Below, one piece after another: positions 9,552 to 19,596 of a stretch of 20,000 bases of DNA. The DNA lies in the NCBI GenBank assembly GCA_900617105.1, contig UYFQ01000093.1, forward strand, positions 49,995 to 69,994, in the 5' to 3' direction. The number at the start of each line of letters is the position of its first letter. Position 1 is the stretch's first letter. The DNA is from Hydrurus foetidus. Its lineage: Eukaryota. The notes under the pieces were generated by a model that searched no databases, was not told where the DNA came from, and was given only the letters and a program-made list of their open reading frames with translations. The position numbers and the translations under genes were made by a program.

Positions 9552-10398
9552 AGAGTCATATAAGTTTTACAGATAACTTCGGATATGAAATAAATATCGG
9601 TATGACAAATACTATTGCACTCCACCACATCTTGATTTTACCGAGCGTTGTCAGGAGCTGTTATCTACGGTACTACCTATTATGGATGACTTCGGTTGAA
9701 ATTATTTTCATCGGAAATATCAGCATTTTATCAGAGGAATCAAATTGAATTCAGGGGCAGGGGGGTACATCGATATGTTTGTGTTCTCATTAAGGACGTA
9801 CCAACTTACAGTAAGTATCATTCGGTCGTTTTGATGTTAGATCAACCTGAAACTCCTCGAAGATAACTCTGCGATTGTATAGGCGCGCTTTCCTATACGC
9901 TCAAAAGTCTCTAGTGGGAGGAGTTTGCGAAACTAGTTTGGACTTACAATTACTTGATAAAGAAATATGAGAGTTGCAGTGGAATACTCTATCTATTTCT
10001 TATGGAATGAAGATGTGCGTTGCACTCATCGTCTAAATCGCACCTGATCGTTTGGATATCCTTCATCCACGTCACGATACATTCAACTGTCCTACGATAG
10101 CCACAATTTGTGGATAGTTGAGATCATCACTTCAACAGGATTCCGTATCCTCCATCCGGTACACTTGTACGTGGGGATACCGTGAATTCGGCGGCGGAGT
10201 ATTATCTAACATAATCGCGTAGCCTCCTCCGGGAAAGTCATCCAGCATCGGAACCCAGCCTCGCGAACCAACATTTTTTTCAAAATCATCTTTCTTCCTT
10301 TGTTTGCCGATTCGATTCGGGATTCGAATCTCTACCAGCTCATAATTAATTGGGTCACAGAAAAAGAAGCACATAACATCATGAAGTCATCTGAGAAC

Positions 10399-10621
10399 TG
10401 TGACGCCGTGATGTTATCGGGAGTTCTGTGGTCGTCTGGGGGACCTTGGTCCCAGTTCCGACCTAGACTACCCAGATTTCGTAGACCTCTGGGTAGGACT
10501 CTGGGTAGGCTTCTAGGTTAGCCACATACACTTATCCTACACCTTCTCCACTCAGTTTCGTAGTAAGCTAACCAGCATTCTCCCTCGCACCATCTTTAGC
10601 CCAGATTCCTTCTAGGCCACA
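10399..10621 (+). repeat. Putative 5' LTR (223 bp) of an older gypsy element
   Basis: Starts TGTGAC and ends TAGGCCACA. Shares TGTGAC, GTAAGCTAACCA, AGCCCAGA and TAGGCCAyA, in the same order, with the 217-bp LTR of the young gypsy. The partner LTR is not in the window. Confidence 0.75.
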
Positions 10622-10720
10622 GTGACGTCACTCAACCGTTTCAATTCCCTCTTTTCGTCTTCTATAACCCTACCCCCTTTGTCATTTTCATCTCCTTGAG
10701 ATAACTGCTCGAATCCCGAC

Positions 10721-11185
10721 GTGGAGGACTTCCAGAAAGTTCCTCTCCTCAGAGATCGTCTTTATCTTGAAGAGCTTCGTCTTATCAACGAAGAACTACA
10801 GTTACGGAGAGATAAAACTCCCGTAGAAGGAGAGGCAGCAGTCGTTTCGACTGGCCAAAATCTCCCAACTTTCGTTGAAACTTCGATTCCTCAACCGAGA
10901 AGTCGTTCCAGAGTCGTAAGACCTGTGCTCCTTCGGGAAGACACGAGTTCATCGCGATTTGCCACCTCTAATCTCCATCCTACTCCTTCCACACGCCAAA
11001 CACAACCCCGATTCAATTCGGCGACTTCAGCTTTTAAGCCTAGGAGACCGACTTCCAAGTCGAGAACACCCTTTCCAGGGCCTCATGCGACTTTAGTCAG
11101 CAGTGAAACAGGGTTTGCAACTCAAACCTTGCGAAATTTGTTGCTGGACAACGATTTCCTGACAGAATTCCCAGTTTCAGTTTGA
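10721..11185 (+). CDS. Unassigned R/S/T/P-rich ORF in the leader of the older element
   Basis: 154-codon open frame with a GTG start and no recognisable motif. Confidence 0.25.
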   Translation: MEDFQKVPLLRDRLYLEELRLINEELQLRRDKTPVEGEAAVVSTGQNLPTFVETSIPQPRSRSRVVRPVLLREDTSSSRFATSNLHPTPSTRQTQPRFNSATSAFKPRRPTSKSRTPFPGPHATLVSSETGFATQTLRNLLLDNDFLTEFPVSV

Positions 11186-11510
11186 GAAACTGCGCCGAGA
11201 AAAAACTCGCACTTTCGTTCGGAGTTAAACTCCAACTTCAGCCTAGGCTCCGCGGGGATTATAAATACATCCGGGGATTATATCCTGTTGAAGCACCTCC
11301 CGCTTCTAACGAGGTGCCGAAAAAGCTCCGAAAATAAATCCTACATTACGAGTAGGAAATCTCGATAGAATTGCTCCTTTGACAAGGAGAAAGTCGAAGA
11401 TAGCCCTCCTCCGTGCTGCAGCGACTCCACTCTCAGCAGTGAGAACACCCTTGACCGGGCCAAAAGTCTTGAAACCCATTTTGAAATTGGTGACAAAATC
11501 ACCCTCCATC

Positions 11511-12109
11511 ATGGAAGACATAGTTGACCAGTTTGGCTCCAGTCCTGGTGACTTTGGCGAAGAGTTAGGTGAGATAGTTGATTCTAACTATGCCGAACTC
11601 TCTGACAACGAACTCGTTGACGAATTTCTCTCCGAGCCCGGTGCTTTACAGCAATCATCGGAGACAAATCCATCGCAAATAGCACTTTTAAGTGCTATAA
11701 CTGATGTGACAATCCAAGTTTTACCTGTGCCTACTATTACTAGAGCACAACAACTCGAGAACCTTTTTTATACACGCATGTCTGGTGGTATTAACTTGTA
11801 TAGTGCACTTGTTGTACTCGATTCATTCTAAATTTCGGGTGAATTAGCCTTGAAATTTCAAACTCAAGCGAATGCTTTTGCAAATAACTTTACTTTAAGT
11901 CAAGTAATAGTTTATCCTGCAACTGAGATCATTCAATTTGCTTTTGCAAGTGATCCCAAATTTACTATTCTTACGAAAGATAAATTTGCGATGTGGCTTG
12001 AACACGTTACAGTCGCTCAGGCTGCCCAAATTGTCACAAAGTTCTTTGGTGCTAAATCCGACATTGGTAGAACACTAGTAGAGAGTTTTTCTCAAATTCC
12101 TATTAGATT
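11511..12109 (+). pseudogene. gag: Older-element gag, 5' part (in-frame TAA at 11829-11831)
   Basis: ORFs 11379 and 11850 are in the same frame, separated by one stop. First ATG at 11511. The frame is cut at the LTR. Confidence 0.65.
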
Positions 12110-12326
12110 TGTGACCCGCACAGCTGTACAGCTGTACGGGTACAGGCGTACGTTCGGTTCGGATCGGGGACGATCCGAGCCATCCGATTCATGACTTGCC
12201 TATCGCTGTGTTTATCTGTAAGCTAACCACATCTCTTTAGCAATAGCACCAGCACACCAGCTGCCTTCCCCTTGCCCACGCGCCCCGTTCCATCAGACCC
12301 ACCGCTGAGCCCAGAGTTAGGCCATA
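12110..12326 (+). repeat. Gypsy 5' LTR (217 bp, TG...TA; 215 bp if read as TG...CA)
   Basis: Matches 19380-19596 at offset 7270. Confidence 0.95.
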
Positions 12327-12875
12327 ATACTAGTATTTGGACCAACTTGGTGCTCTTTTTAGAGACCAGTTCCAAAACGCTTCCCAAAAACATCGCCACG
12401 ACCCGTAAAACGGCGTGCAAACAAGCTAGTAACTTGGCAACAAGTGAAAACAACGTCGAAAGACACTACAAAGGCTACGTCTAACCGACAGCCTCTGAAA
12501 CGCTTTAGTTAAAAAGCTCGAGTCGTCGATATTTTCGCGACAAAATCGTGACGGCTTCAAAACTCGAAGCCTAACGAAGCAAGTAGCTCTGAGTCGAGCA
12601 AAAGCAAGTCCCATCGTTAGAGAAACGAAAGCTGGCCAAAACGCCCGCAGTTTAGCTCCTTGAGAGGTTCAAAACGCCAGGCAACTTTTCGAGCGATTTC
12701 CGACGAAATCGCGCGAAAGTAAACCACCAACAGCTCCGTCAGTTAAAGGATCCTACGATCCCACGACATCATAGCTGCGGGATCACATCCTCAGCTCCAT
12801 AGAGAGCCGCGTCCGAGTTCCGTCGCTGTCCAAGACCCCAAGATCAAGACGTTTCCAACTCAAGACAAAAGTCCC

Positions 12876-15402
12876 ATGACAAGGGCCCAAATAAAGAAGA
12901 AAGCGGCTGCTAACGCAGCCGCCTCTGCTTCTTCAGCTCCAAGCGCTTCGCGCAGTGCTCCTCTCACTGAGAAGGAGAAGCACAAAGCGGAGCAGGCCCT
13001 TGTAAAGCAAAACATCGAGAAATCGATACAGGCTCTGGCCAAAGAAGCAATACATGTTTCGGCTACCCCAACTCGTCTTGAGGACGAACAAATTTTCTTC
13101 CAAAGCGTCTTAGCAGCAACAAAAGAAATGCAAGCAGCTCACAAGCTAGAGCAAGCACAAATAGCTGCTGCACAAGCTGCTGCCGACGCTTTAGAACCCT
13201 CAAACGACGAGCTCCTCGGGTTGGCACCCGAGGAAGCCGAGGGCGAGACAGACTCCCCCTCGATACCCGCGGGTACCTAAAAAGAGGGGGAGAAACCTCG
13301 ATACTCCCTCCGCGACTGCAACAGATCGGTGCAGAGGACGATCTGTTCGAACCATCAGTCGACGCCAAAGTCACAACAAAAAAGGCATCCGACACCGGCA
13401 AGGCCGAGGCCGACGCCGAGTCAGATCCGGAGGCTGACGCCGACGGTGACGACAATGCCAACAACAACGACGACGACAAACCCCCGACGAGTCCGACGAC
13501 GACAACGACAGTAACGTCGACGACGTTAACGACACGGGAGGCGATGGTGGCAACCCCGACAGCTCCTCCGACGAGTCCGACGCAAGTAGTGGCGACGGGG
13601 ACGACGGAGAGGGTGACGGGGACGACGACGGGAACGACAACAGCGACGACGATGAGGCGAAAGCTGAAGTCGAAGTCGAAGACGACGAGGAGGTCGAACC
13701 CGAAAAGTCTAAGCCCAAGGACAAGAAGTCCCTTAAGATAAAACCCCTCGCCAAGAAAAAGTCCCCAAAGGCGGGTCCCAAACCCGCCCCAAAGGACAAA
13801 AAGGTGAAAACCAAAGCCGATGCCAAATCCGGTAAAACACACCGCGCGCAAAAGGCGGAAAACTCGGAAGAGGATTCCCCTCCACAACGCAAAGCGGGTT
13901 TGCAAACCTCCATCATCAACATGAAGGAGGCGTACTACCTCACTCGAGAAAAACTTCTCGACGACGCTGATAAAGCAGCAAGAGCGTTTTACGAACAAGC
14001 ATACCGCCCCGGTATGTTAACCAGTTGGGAAATGCTAATCGAAATGGATGCCATCCAAACGATCCGCGACCAGTTGCTTCGATGCAAAAGCGAGACAGGT
14101 TACAACACCAAGACTTGTCTCGCCTGGCCAACGGTCGAAGGCAAAACGTTAACGTTAAAGAACATTGCAAATGATCTTAAAAAGATCTTTTACAAAAACA
14201 AACGTACGTCTTCCCATTTCGACTTCGAAATGAAGTTGAAGAATTGCAAATTCCGCATCAGCTGGAAAGATCCTTCTGTTGAAGACAGAGCTCTCTCTGA
14301 GTTCCGTGACATCCTACTCGGATTCTGGACGTCATACGACAATATCGATGCCGACATGCAAAATGATATCTGTAAGGCCTTCTACAAGAAGCTGCCAAAG
14401 AACAACAAGTTTACAGACAATTTCATGGCAAAGACAAAACGTAAGACGAAAAAGACCGGGAAAGATACCATCTTCAAAATGCTCACGCGTCTTGTCGTCA
14501 TGCTGGGCGAAGCACGCCAGATGATCAAAGACGCGGAGGACATGGGAGGTCTCGACTTCGTCTTCGAGTCAAAGCTCACGCCAACCGACCAAGACGACGC
14601 TGAGGTCGCACCTCACCGTGACAGCCACTCGGCTAACGCCTACAAGGCAATCCCAAAACGTCAGGTGGACCCTGAGTCGTCCGGCCTCAGCCGGGCGACC
14701 AACTTCTGTCACACCTGTGGCAAAAAGGGACACAACCGTTACGAATGCCAAAACCACATGAACCCTCACTGCAACCGTAGCCATCGCACTTGGTCGCAGT
14801 CTGAGGAGGCAAAGGACTTCAAACGGATTGGTCACGAATTCTTCGTACCAAATGTGTACATCAACGGGGAACTTACCCGGGACACCAACAACCCCGGGGC
14901 AGCTACCTACGTGTACCCATCTGACGATGTGGAGAACGACTTCTCTCCTCCAGGGAGAGCCCAAGACGACCGTCCGACCAAGAAACAAAAGCTGGCCACC
15001 AACAACAACACCAAGTACAACAAGTACAAGAGCAACCAGACTCAACCGGATAGGGACAACGATCGTTCTAACACGAACAAGTTGAGCTCCAACTACAAGG
15101 GAAAAAGTAAGTCACAACTTGCTAACCCAAGTACGGACATAATCGAGTACGCTCGAGAATTACCGTCAATGAAACAACTTCTATCAGCTGTATTAACTGA
15201 AAACATAGATGATTTCTTACAAGTTCACATATCTCTACCACAGATCCGATCGCAAATTTCAAACCAAGTCGCGACCGACCTGACGATCGCAGGGACAACT
15301 CGCACCAGGCGGAGAGCAAGGAGGGGGACAGACACAAATCTTCCTCTCTTCCTCCTCCTCCTCCAACCAATACGTACCAAACTAGAGGCATGGAAGCCCT
15401 AG
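12876..15402 (+). CDS. gag: Gypsy Gag with long acidic/low-complexity N-terminus (two -1 frame breaks at about 13257 and 13483)
   Basis: MTRAQIKKKAAA... continues through D/G-rich and K/P-rich frames into the 13804 ORF. Zinc knuckle CHTCGKKGHNRYEC at about 14707-14748. Confidence 0.8.
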
Positions 15403-15812
15403 CCCAAATCGACACTGGATGTCAAGTCGGGGACGTCATCAACGGTAGAGTCCTTCGGGGCCTCCGTGGCAAAACCCACTTGAGGAAATCCGACTCACCC
15501 ATGTGGATGTGTAGTGGCTTAAATAATCAATGTGTAGAATCTACAAATGTGCTTGATATTGTTGTATCATTTAATAAAGACGATTTAAAACACACTTTTA
15601 GTCTTCCTGTCCGAGTAGCTCCGGAGTCAAAAGTCGACCTAATCTTAGGATTACAGACTATAAAAAATTTAAATTTGGTAAAAATAATACCAGAGTTCTT
15701 CCAGAACCTCGATAAAATAACGCCTAGTGCGATACCAGCTTCACCGCTAAAAAACAAAGGGTGTCGTTCTCGGCTGAGGACGATGCACAAGTACCACACA
15801 CGGTACTCATAG
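15390..15812 (+). CDS. pol: Aspartic protease domain of gypsy Pol
   Basis: ALAQIDTGC catalytic motif and DLILGL motif. Confidence 0.9.
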   Translation: MEALAQIDTGCQVGDVINGRVLRGLRGKTHLRKSDSPMWMCSGLNNQCVESTNVLDIVVSFNKDDLKHTFSLPVRVAPESKVDLILGLQTIKNLNLVKIIPEFFQNLDKITPSAIPASPLKNKGCRSRLRTMHKYHTRYS

Positions 15813-15968
15813 ACACCGAACTACCCCCGAGGTAATATCAGCCGAATCAGCGTCAGCAGACACAATCCAAACGGAAATTCCTTTACCGTTACTAACGGAA
15901 AAGGACACTGTCCAAAAGGAAAGTAAAATAGCTGACCCAGGGTCCCCACTACCTCCTGGCATTTTGTC

Positions 15969-17969
15969 ATGGAGGGCATAAATCCCTCGACTACAGACTT
16001 TCCCCGGCAGGATAACCTGGTAGCTCGAGGTGCTTGTACACACAAGACTTGCAACTCTTCATGCGGGTGTTCTACAAGCTCAGCGACGGCAGTTGCTCAG
16101 CTTGCTTCCGATGAGTCCATACTACGCACCACCAATTTGACAACACTAGTGTTGCCACTTCCGCGTCAGAATGGATCTGGTGTAAAAACCAAAAGGCGTA
16201 AGAGAGTAGCTACTCTTACACCCTCATCCATAACACCAACCGAAACGCGTGGTATTGCGGCAGCTCTACTTAGGGAGGAAGACGAAGACCTCCCTGAGGT
16301 TCGGTCTTTCCGTGATAAGGAAGGGATCGACTACAAGTCGAAGGATACCTTCGCTCCTTTTCAAGACAATCAAAACAACGATTCGATGTACTTAATTGAT
16401 TTAATACATATCGATGGTACACCAACTGAGATTGCCGAAATTAAAGCGATTTGCATAAAACACAAATCGCTTTTCAAAAACGAGCTGGGTCCAGAACCCG
16501 CTCGAATTCCCCCTTTCGATTTCAAAAAGGTAAACATACCTCAATGGAAACACTTCCGTAATCGGGGTGCTCCCAGAGTCGCTTCAACGATGCGACAAGA
16601 GGAAATCAGGAAACAAATCGTAGCAATGCTCAAAAAGGGAATAATAAAACCATCCGATGCCTCATATTACTCCCAAGTAATACTTGCAAATAAACCAGAC
16701 GGTTCACTCCGATTCTGCATAGATTACAGGAACCTCAATGAGGCAACCGAATCTGCAAGTTGGCCGATCCCAAATATAAAACAAATGTTATACAGACTTG
16801 GCGCGCAACGGCCAAACGTATTCGGCGTAATCGACCTTACGGCCGGATACCACCAAGCCCCAATAACACTGGCGGCACAAGTATTTACCGCATTTATAAC
16901 ATTTATGGGTATATACCAATTCACACGACTACCATTCGGTCCCAAGATGGCCCCATCATACTTTCAACAGATGATGGCGTCAATAGTACTACTTGGCCTG
17001 ATATACAGCATCTGTGAAGTCTATTTAGACGACATCATCATATATGCTGATGGACACATCCAATTCTGTGAACGTTTAGAAACATTGTTTCAACGTCTAG
17101 AAGATAAAAACATTTCACTCAAGGCTGCAAAGCTAAGACTTAACGTCAAAGTAGTTGAATATGTTGGTAGACAAATATCTAAGGAAGGTATATCAATGAG
17201 CTCCAAAAAGATAACGGGTGTGACTGACTTTCCGATGCCAAGAAAGACAACTGAACTACGTTCGTTCCTCGGTCTCACCAATTACTTTAGGGATCATGTA
17301 CCAAATCACTCAAATGTGGTAGCACCGCTACACAAAATGATAGATCACGCCGCCAAAAAGCAAACATTGCTTGTCTGGACAGACGAAGCGGCCGACGCGT
17401 TTACGTTAGTCAAAGATCTTATCTCCAAGAGTCCCTTATTATATTTCATCGACGATGTAGCACCTATTACCCTCATGACAGATGCGTCTGACTACGGTAT
17501 AGGTGGTTATTTATATCAAGAAGTCGACGGAGTCAAACAACTCGTCGCTCTCGTAAGCAAATCTCTTACCAAGACCCAGTTGAAATGGTCCGTAATACAA
17601 AAAGAGGCTTACGCCCTTTACTTTTGCTGTGACTATCTCGACGCCCTGCTACGAGATCGTAAGTTTACTATCCTGACCGATCACAAAAATCTTACTTTCC
17701 TGCACAAGGATAAAAATGAGATGGTCGGAAGATGGCGCTGTGCGCTACAGGAATTAGATTTTACGATAGGGTATATCCCTGGGAAAAATAATGAAGTCGC
17801 TGACGCAATGTCACGCCTATGTAAAAACAAGATGCCGAAACACATCATAACAGCAATCCTAACTTGCAAACCGCTTGCAGCGGAAATATATGCATACTTA
17901 ATGCGTGTCCACAACTCTACCGTTGGGCACGGAGGATTCAATCGCACTTTGCGAAACCTAAAAAAATAG
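15969..17969 (+). CDS. pol: Reverse transcriptase + RNase H of gypsy Pol
   Basis: RT motifs LRFCIDYRNLN, IDLTAGYHQ, RLPFG, YLDD. RH motifs TDASDYGIGG, KEAYA, TDHKNL, NEVADAMSR. Confidence 0.96.
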   Translation: MEGINPSTTDFPRQDNLVARGACTHKTCNSSCGCSTSSATAVAQLASDESILRTTNLTTLVLPLPRQNGSGVKTKRRKRVATLTPSSITPTETRGIAAALLREEDEDLPEVRSFRDKEGIDYKSKDTFAPFQDNQNNDSMYLIDLIHIDGTPTEIAEIKAICIKHKSLFKNELGPEPARIPPFDFKKVNIPQWKHFRNRGAPRVASTMRQEEIRKQIVAMLKKGIIKPSDASYYSQVILANKPDGSLRFCIDYRNLNEATESASWPIPNIKQMLYRLGAQRPNVFGVIDLTAGYHQAPITLAAQVFTAFITFMGIYQFTRLPFGPKMAPSYFQQMMASIVLLGLIYSICEVYLDDIIIYADGHIQFCERLETLFQRLEDKNISLKAAKLRLNVKVVEYVGRQISKEGISMSSKKITGVTDFPMPRKTTELRSFLGLTNYFRDHVPNHSNVVAPLHKMIDHAAKKQTLLVWTDEAADAFTLVKDLISKSPLLYFIDDVAPITLMTDASDYGIGGYLYQEVDGVKQLVALVSKSLTKTQLKWSVIQKEAYALYFCCDYLDALLRDRKFTILTDHKNLTFLHKDKNEMVGRWRCALQELDFTIGYIPGKNNEVADAMSRLCKNKMPKHIITAILTCKPLAAEIYAYLMRVHNSTVGHGGFNRTLRNLKK

Positions 17970-19174
17970 GGAAAGTATGGGAAGGCATGAGACACGATAT
18001 AAGAGCATACATTAAACAATGCCCGTGTTGCCAAAAGATGTCTGCTGACAAACAAAAACCCGTCACCCATCGTTTCACAACATCAACATATGCACCTATG
18101 GAATGCATAAACATAGACTTTATTGGTCCATTCCCGGATAAAGGATACATCCTTGTTATGGTAGACACCTTCACAAGGTTTGTCGAACTATCAGCCACAA
18201 CTGATAATACTGCAAAATCAGCCGTAACAGGCCTAATAGAACACATCGGTCGCTACGGAGCTCCCAAATTCCTGCGATCCGATAACGGTTCCCATTTCGT
18301 AAACAAAATCCTCGAGGAATTTGTAAAAGTTGCCGGTACAACACACAACCTTATTCTACCATACTCTTCGCAAGAAAACTCGATAGTAGAGCGTATGAAT
18401 AAGGAAATTAACCGACACATCACGGCATTTACATTTGACCGTGCAACTACGGAAAACTACCGAGAAATTTTACCATTCGTACAACGAATTATAAATACGA
18501 CATTCAACGTACGGACACAGTCAACAGCAGCAAAGCTTATATACGGCAATGCTATTGACCTTGATGCCAACATCCTTCTCCCTCGAGATGAGATAAACTT
18601 AGACATGGCTCATGTCACCCATTCTACTGAGAAAATTATGCAGATGCAAGATGAACTCATCAGAATCACTGCTGAACTACTCAAAGAAGCGGACGAGAAA
18701 CGAAAAGCAGGCGGTTCCACCGACTACACAACGTTCGAAATCGACTCGTTGGTACTGGTTACCCACCGCACATCAAAACCAACACGCATGCACACTTTAT
18801 GGAAAGGTCCCATGCAAGTGGTCGCAAACGATCTCGACGAGTATACACTACTCGATCTTATTACCAACCGCGAAAAAAGATACCATGTATCAAATATTAA
18901 ACAATTTGAGTTTGACCCTACAAAGGTCAACCCAACCGATATCGCCCGACGAGATTATCTCGAATTCTTTATCGAAGATATCCTAGCAATGGAAGGGAAC
19001 ATCCGAGTGGTGGGAACATTAAAGTTTCACGTCAAGTGGCTAAATTATCCCCACGACAGAAACACTTGGGAACCGTGGAAAAACATGCGTGACGCTGAAA
19101 AAGTCCACGAGTTCTTAATTGCTAAAAACCTAAAACACTTGATTCCAAGTAAATTTGCTGCAAATTATCGTTAA
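17864..19174 (+). CDS. pol: Integrase with GPY/F-like motif and C-terminal chromodomain (real frame from about 17966)
   Basis: HHCC motif split by the frame break (HNSTVGH...CPCC). DDE motifs IDFIGP, SDNG, ENSIVER. LWKGPMQV. Chromodomain FFIEDIL...FHVKWLNYPHDRNTWEP at about 18962-19120. Confidence 0.95.
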   Translation: MQTACSGNICILNACPQLYRWARRIQSHFAKPKKIGKVWEGMRHDIRAYIKQCPCCQKMSADKQKPVTHRFTTSTYAPMECINIDFIGPFPDKGYILVMVDTFTRFVELSATTDNTAKSAVTGLIEHIGRYGAPKFLRSDNGSHFVNKILEEFVKVAGTTHNLILPYSSQENSIVERMNKEINRHITAFTFDRATTENYREILPFVQRIINTTFNVRTQSTAAKLIYGNAIDLDANILLPRDEINLDMAHVTHSTEKIMQMQDELIRITAELLKEADEKRKAGGSTDYTTFEIDSLVLVTHRTSKPTRMHTLWKGPMQVVANDLDEYTLLDLITNREKRYHVSNIKQFEFDPTKVNPTDIARRDYLEFFIEDILAMEGNIRVVGTLKFHVKWLNYPHDRNTWEPWKNMRDAEKVHEFLIAKNLKHLIPSKFAANYR

Positions 19175-19364
19175 CCGATACACAGTATAAAACACAAAGG
19201 TTTACAAAAAAAAACACTAAATCAAAAAGATTACTCCCAATTTTCATCCTAACAGATTTTAGGGAGGTTTACTCAGTACGAACTTTATGTTTTAATTCTG
19301 AGATAGTACAGTATTTAGACATAGATAAGTTTGTTAATGAAAAATTTAGTACACCTTTTCTTCC

Positions 19365-19375
19365 AAAGAGAGGGG
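19365..19375 (+). promoter_or_regulatory. Polypurine tract of the gypsy element
   Basis: AAAGAGAGGGG, 4 nt before the 3' LTR. Confidence 0.85.
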
Positions 19376-19379
19376 CCAT

Positions 19380-19596
19380 TGTGACCCGCACAGCTGTACA
19401 GCTGTACGGGTACAGGCGTACGTTCGGTTCGGATCGGGGACGATCCGAGCCATCCGATTCATGACTTGCCTATCGCTGTGTTTATCTGTAAGCTAACCAC
19501 ATCTCTTTAGCAATAGCACCAGCACACCAGCTGCCTTCCCCTTGCCCACGCGCCCCGTTCCATCAGACCCACCGCTGAGCCCAGAGTTAGGCCATA
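19380..19596 (+). repeat. Gypsy 3' LTR
   Basis: Copy of 12110-12326, followed by GATT. Confidence 0.95.

Larger units (their letters stand above)
12110..19596 (+). mobile_element. Full-length Ty3/gypsy chromodomain LTR retrotransposon, recent insertion
   Basis: Direct repeats 12110-12326 and 19380-19596, identical by eye. Duplicated target GATT at 12106-12109 and 19597-19600. Domain order Gag-PR-RT-RH-IN-chromodomain. Confidence 0.97.

Noticed and set aside
10487..10521. Short tandem repeats CTCTGGGTAGG as a CRISPR-like array
   Set aside because: Two to three adjacent units with no spacers inside a eukaryotic LTR; this is an ordinary U3 tandem repeat.
12338..12355. TGGACCAACTTGG... as a tRNA PBS of the gypsy element
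   Set aside because: It is 11 nt from the LTR end and its complement lacks tRNA 3'-end features.
13063..13998. Long antisense ORFs (311 aa, 183 aa) and other antisense ORFs over gag/pol
   Set aside because: They are shadows of GAC-rich low-complexity or codon-biased sense frames and have no motifs.
15254..15260. AAATTTC slippery heptamer for gypsy gag-pol
   Set aside because: It is in the wrong phase relative to the gag codons (CAA ATT TCA).
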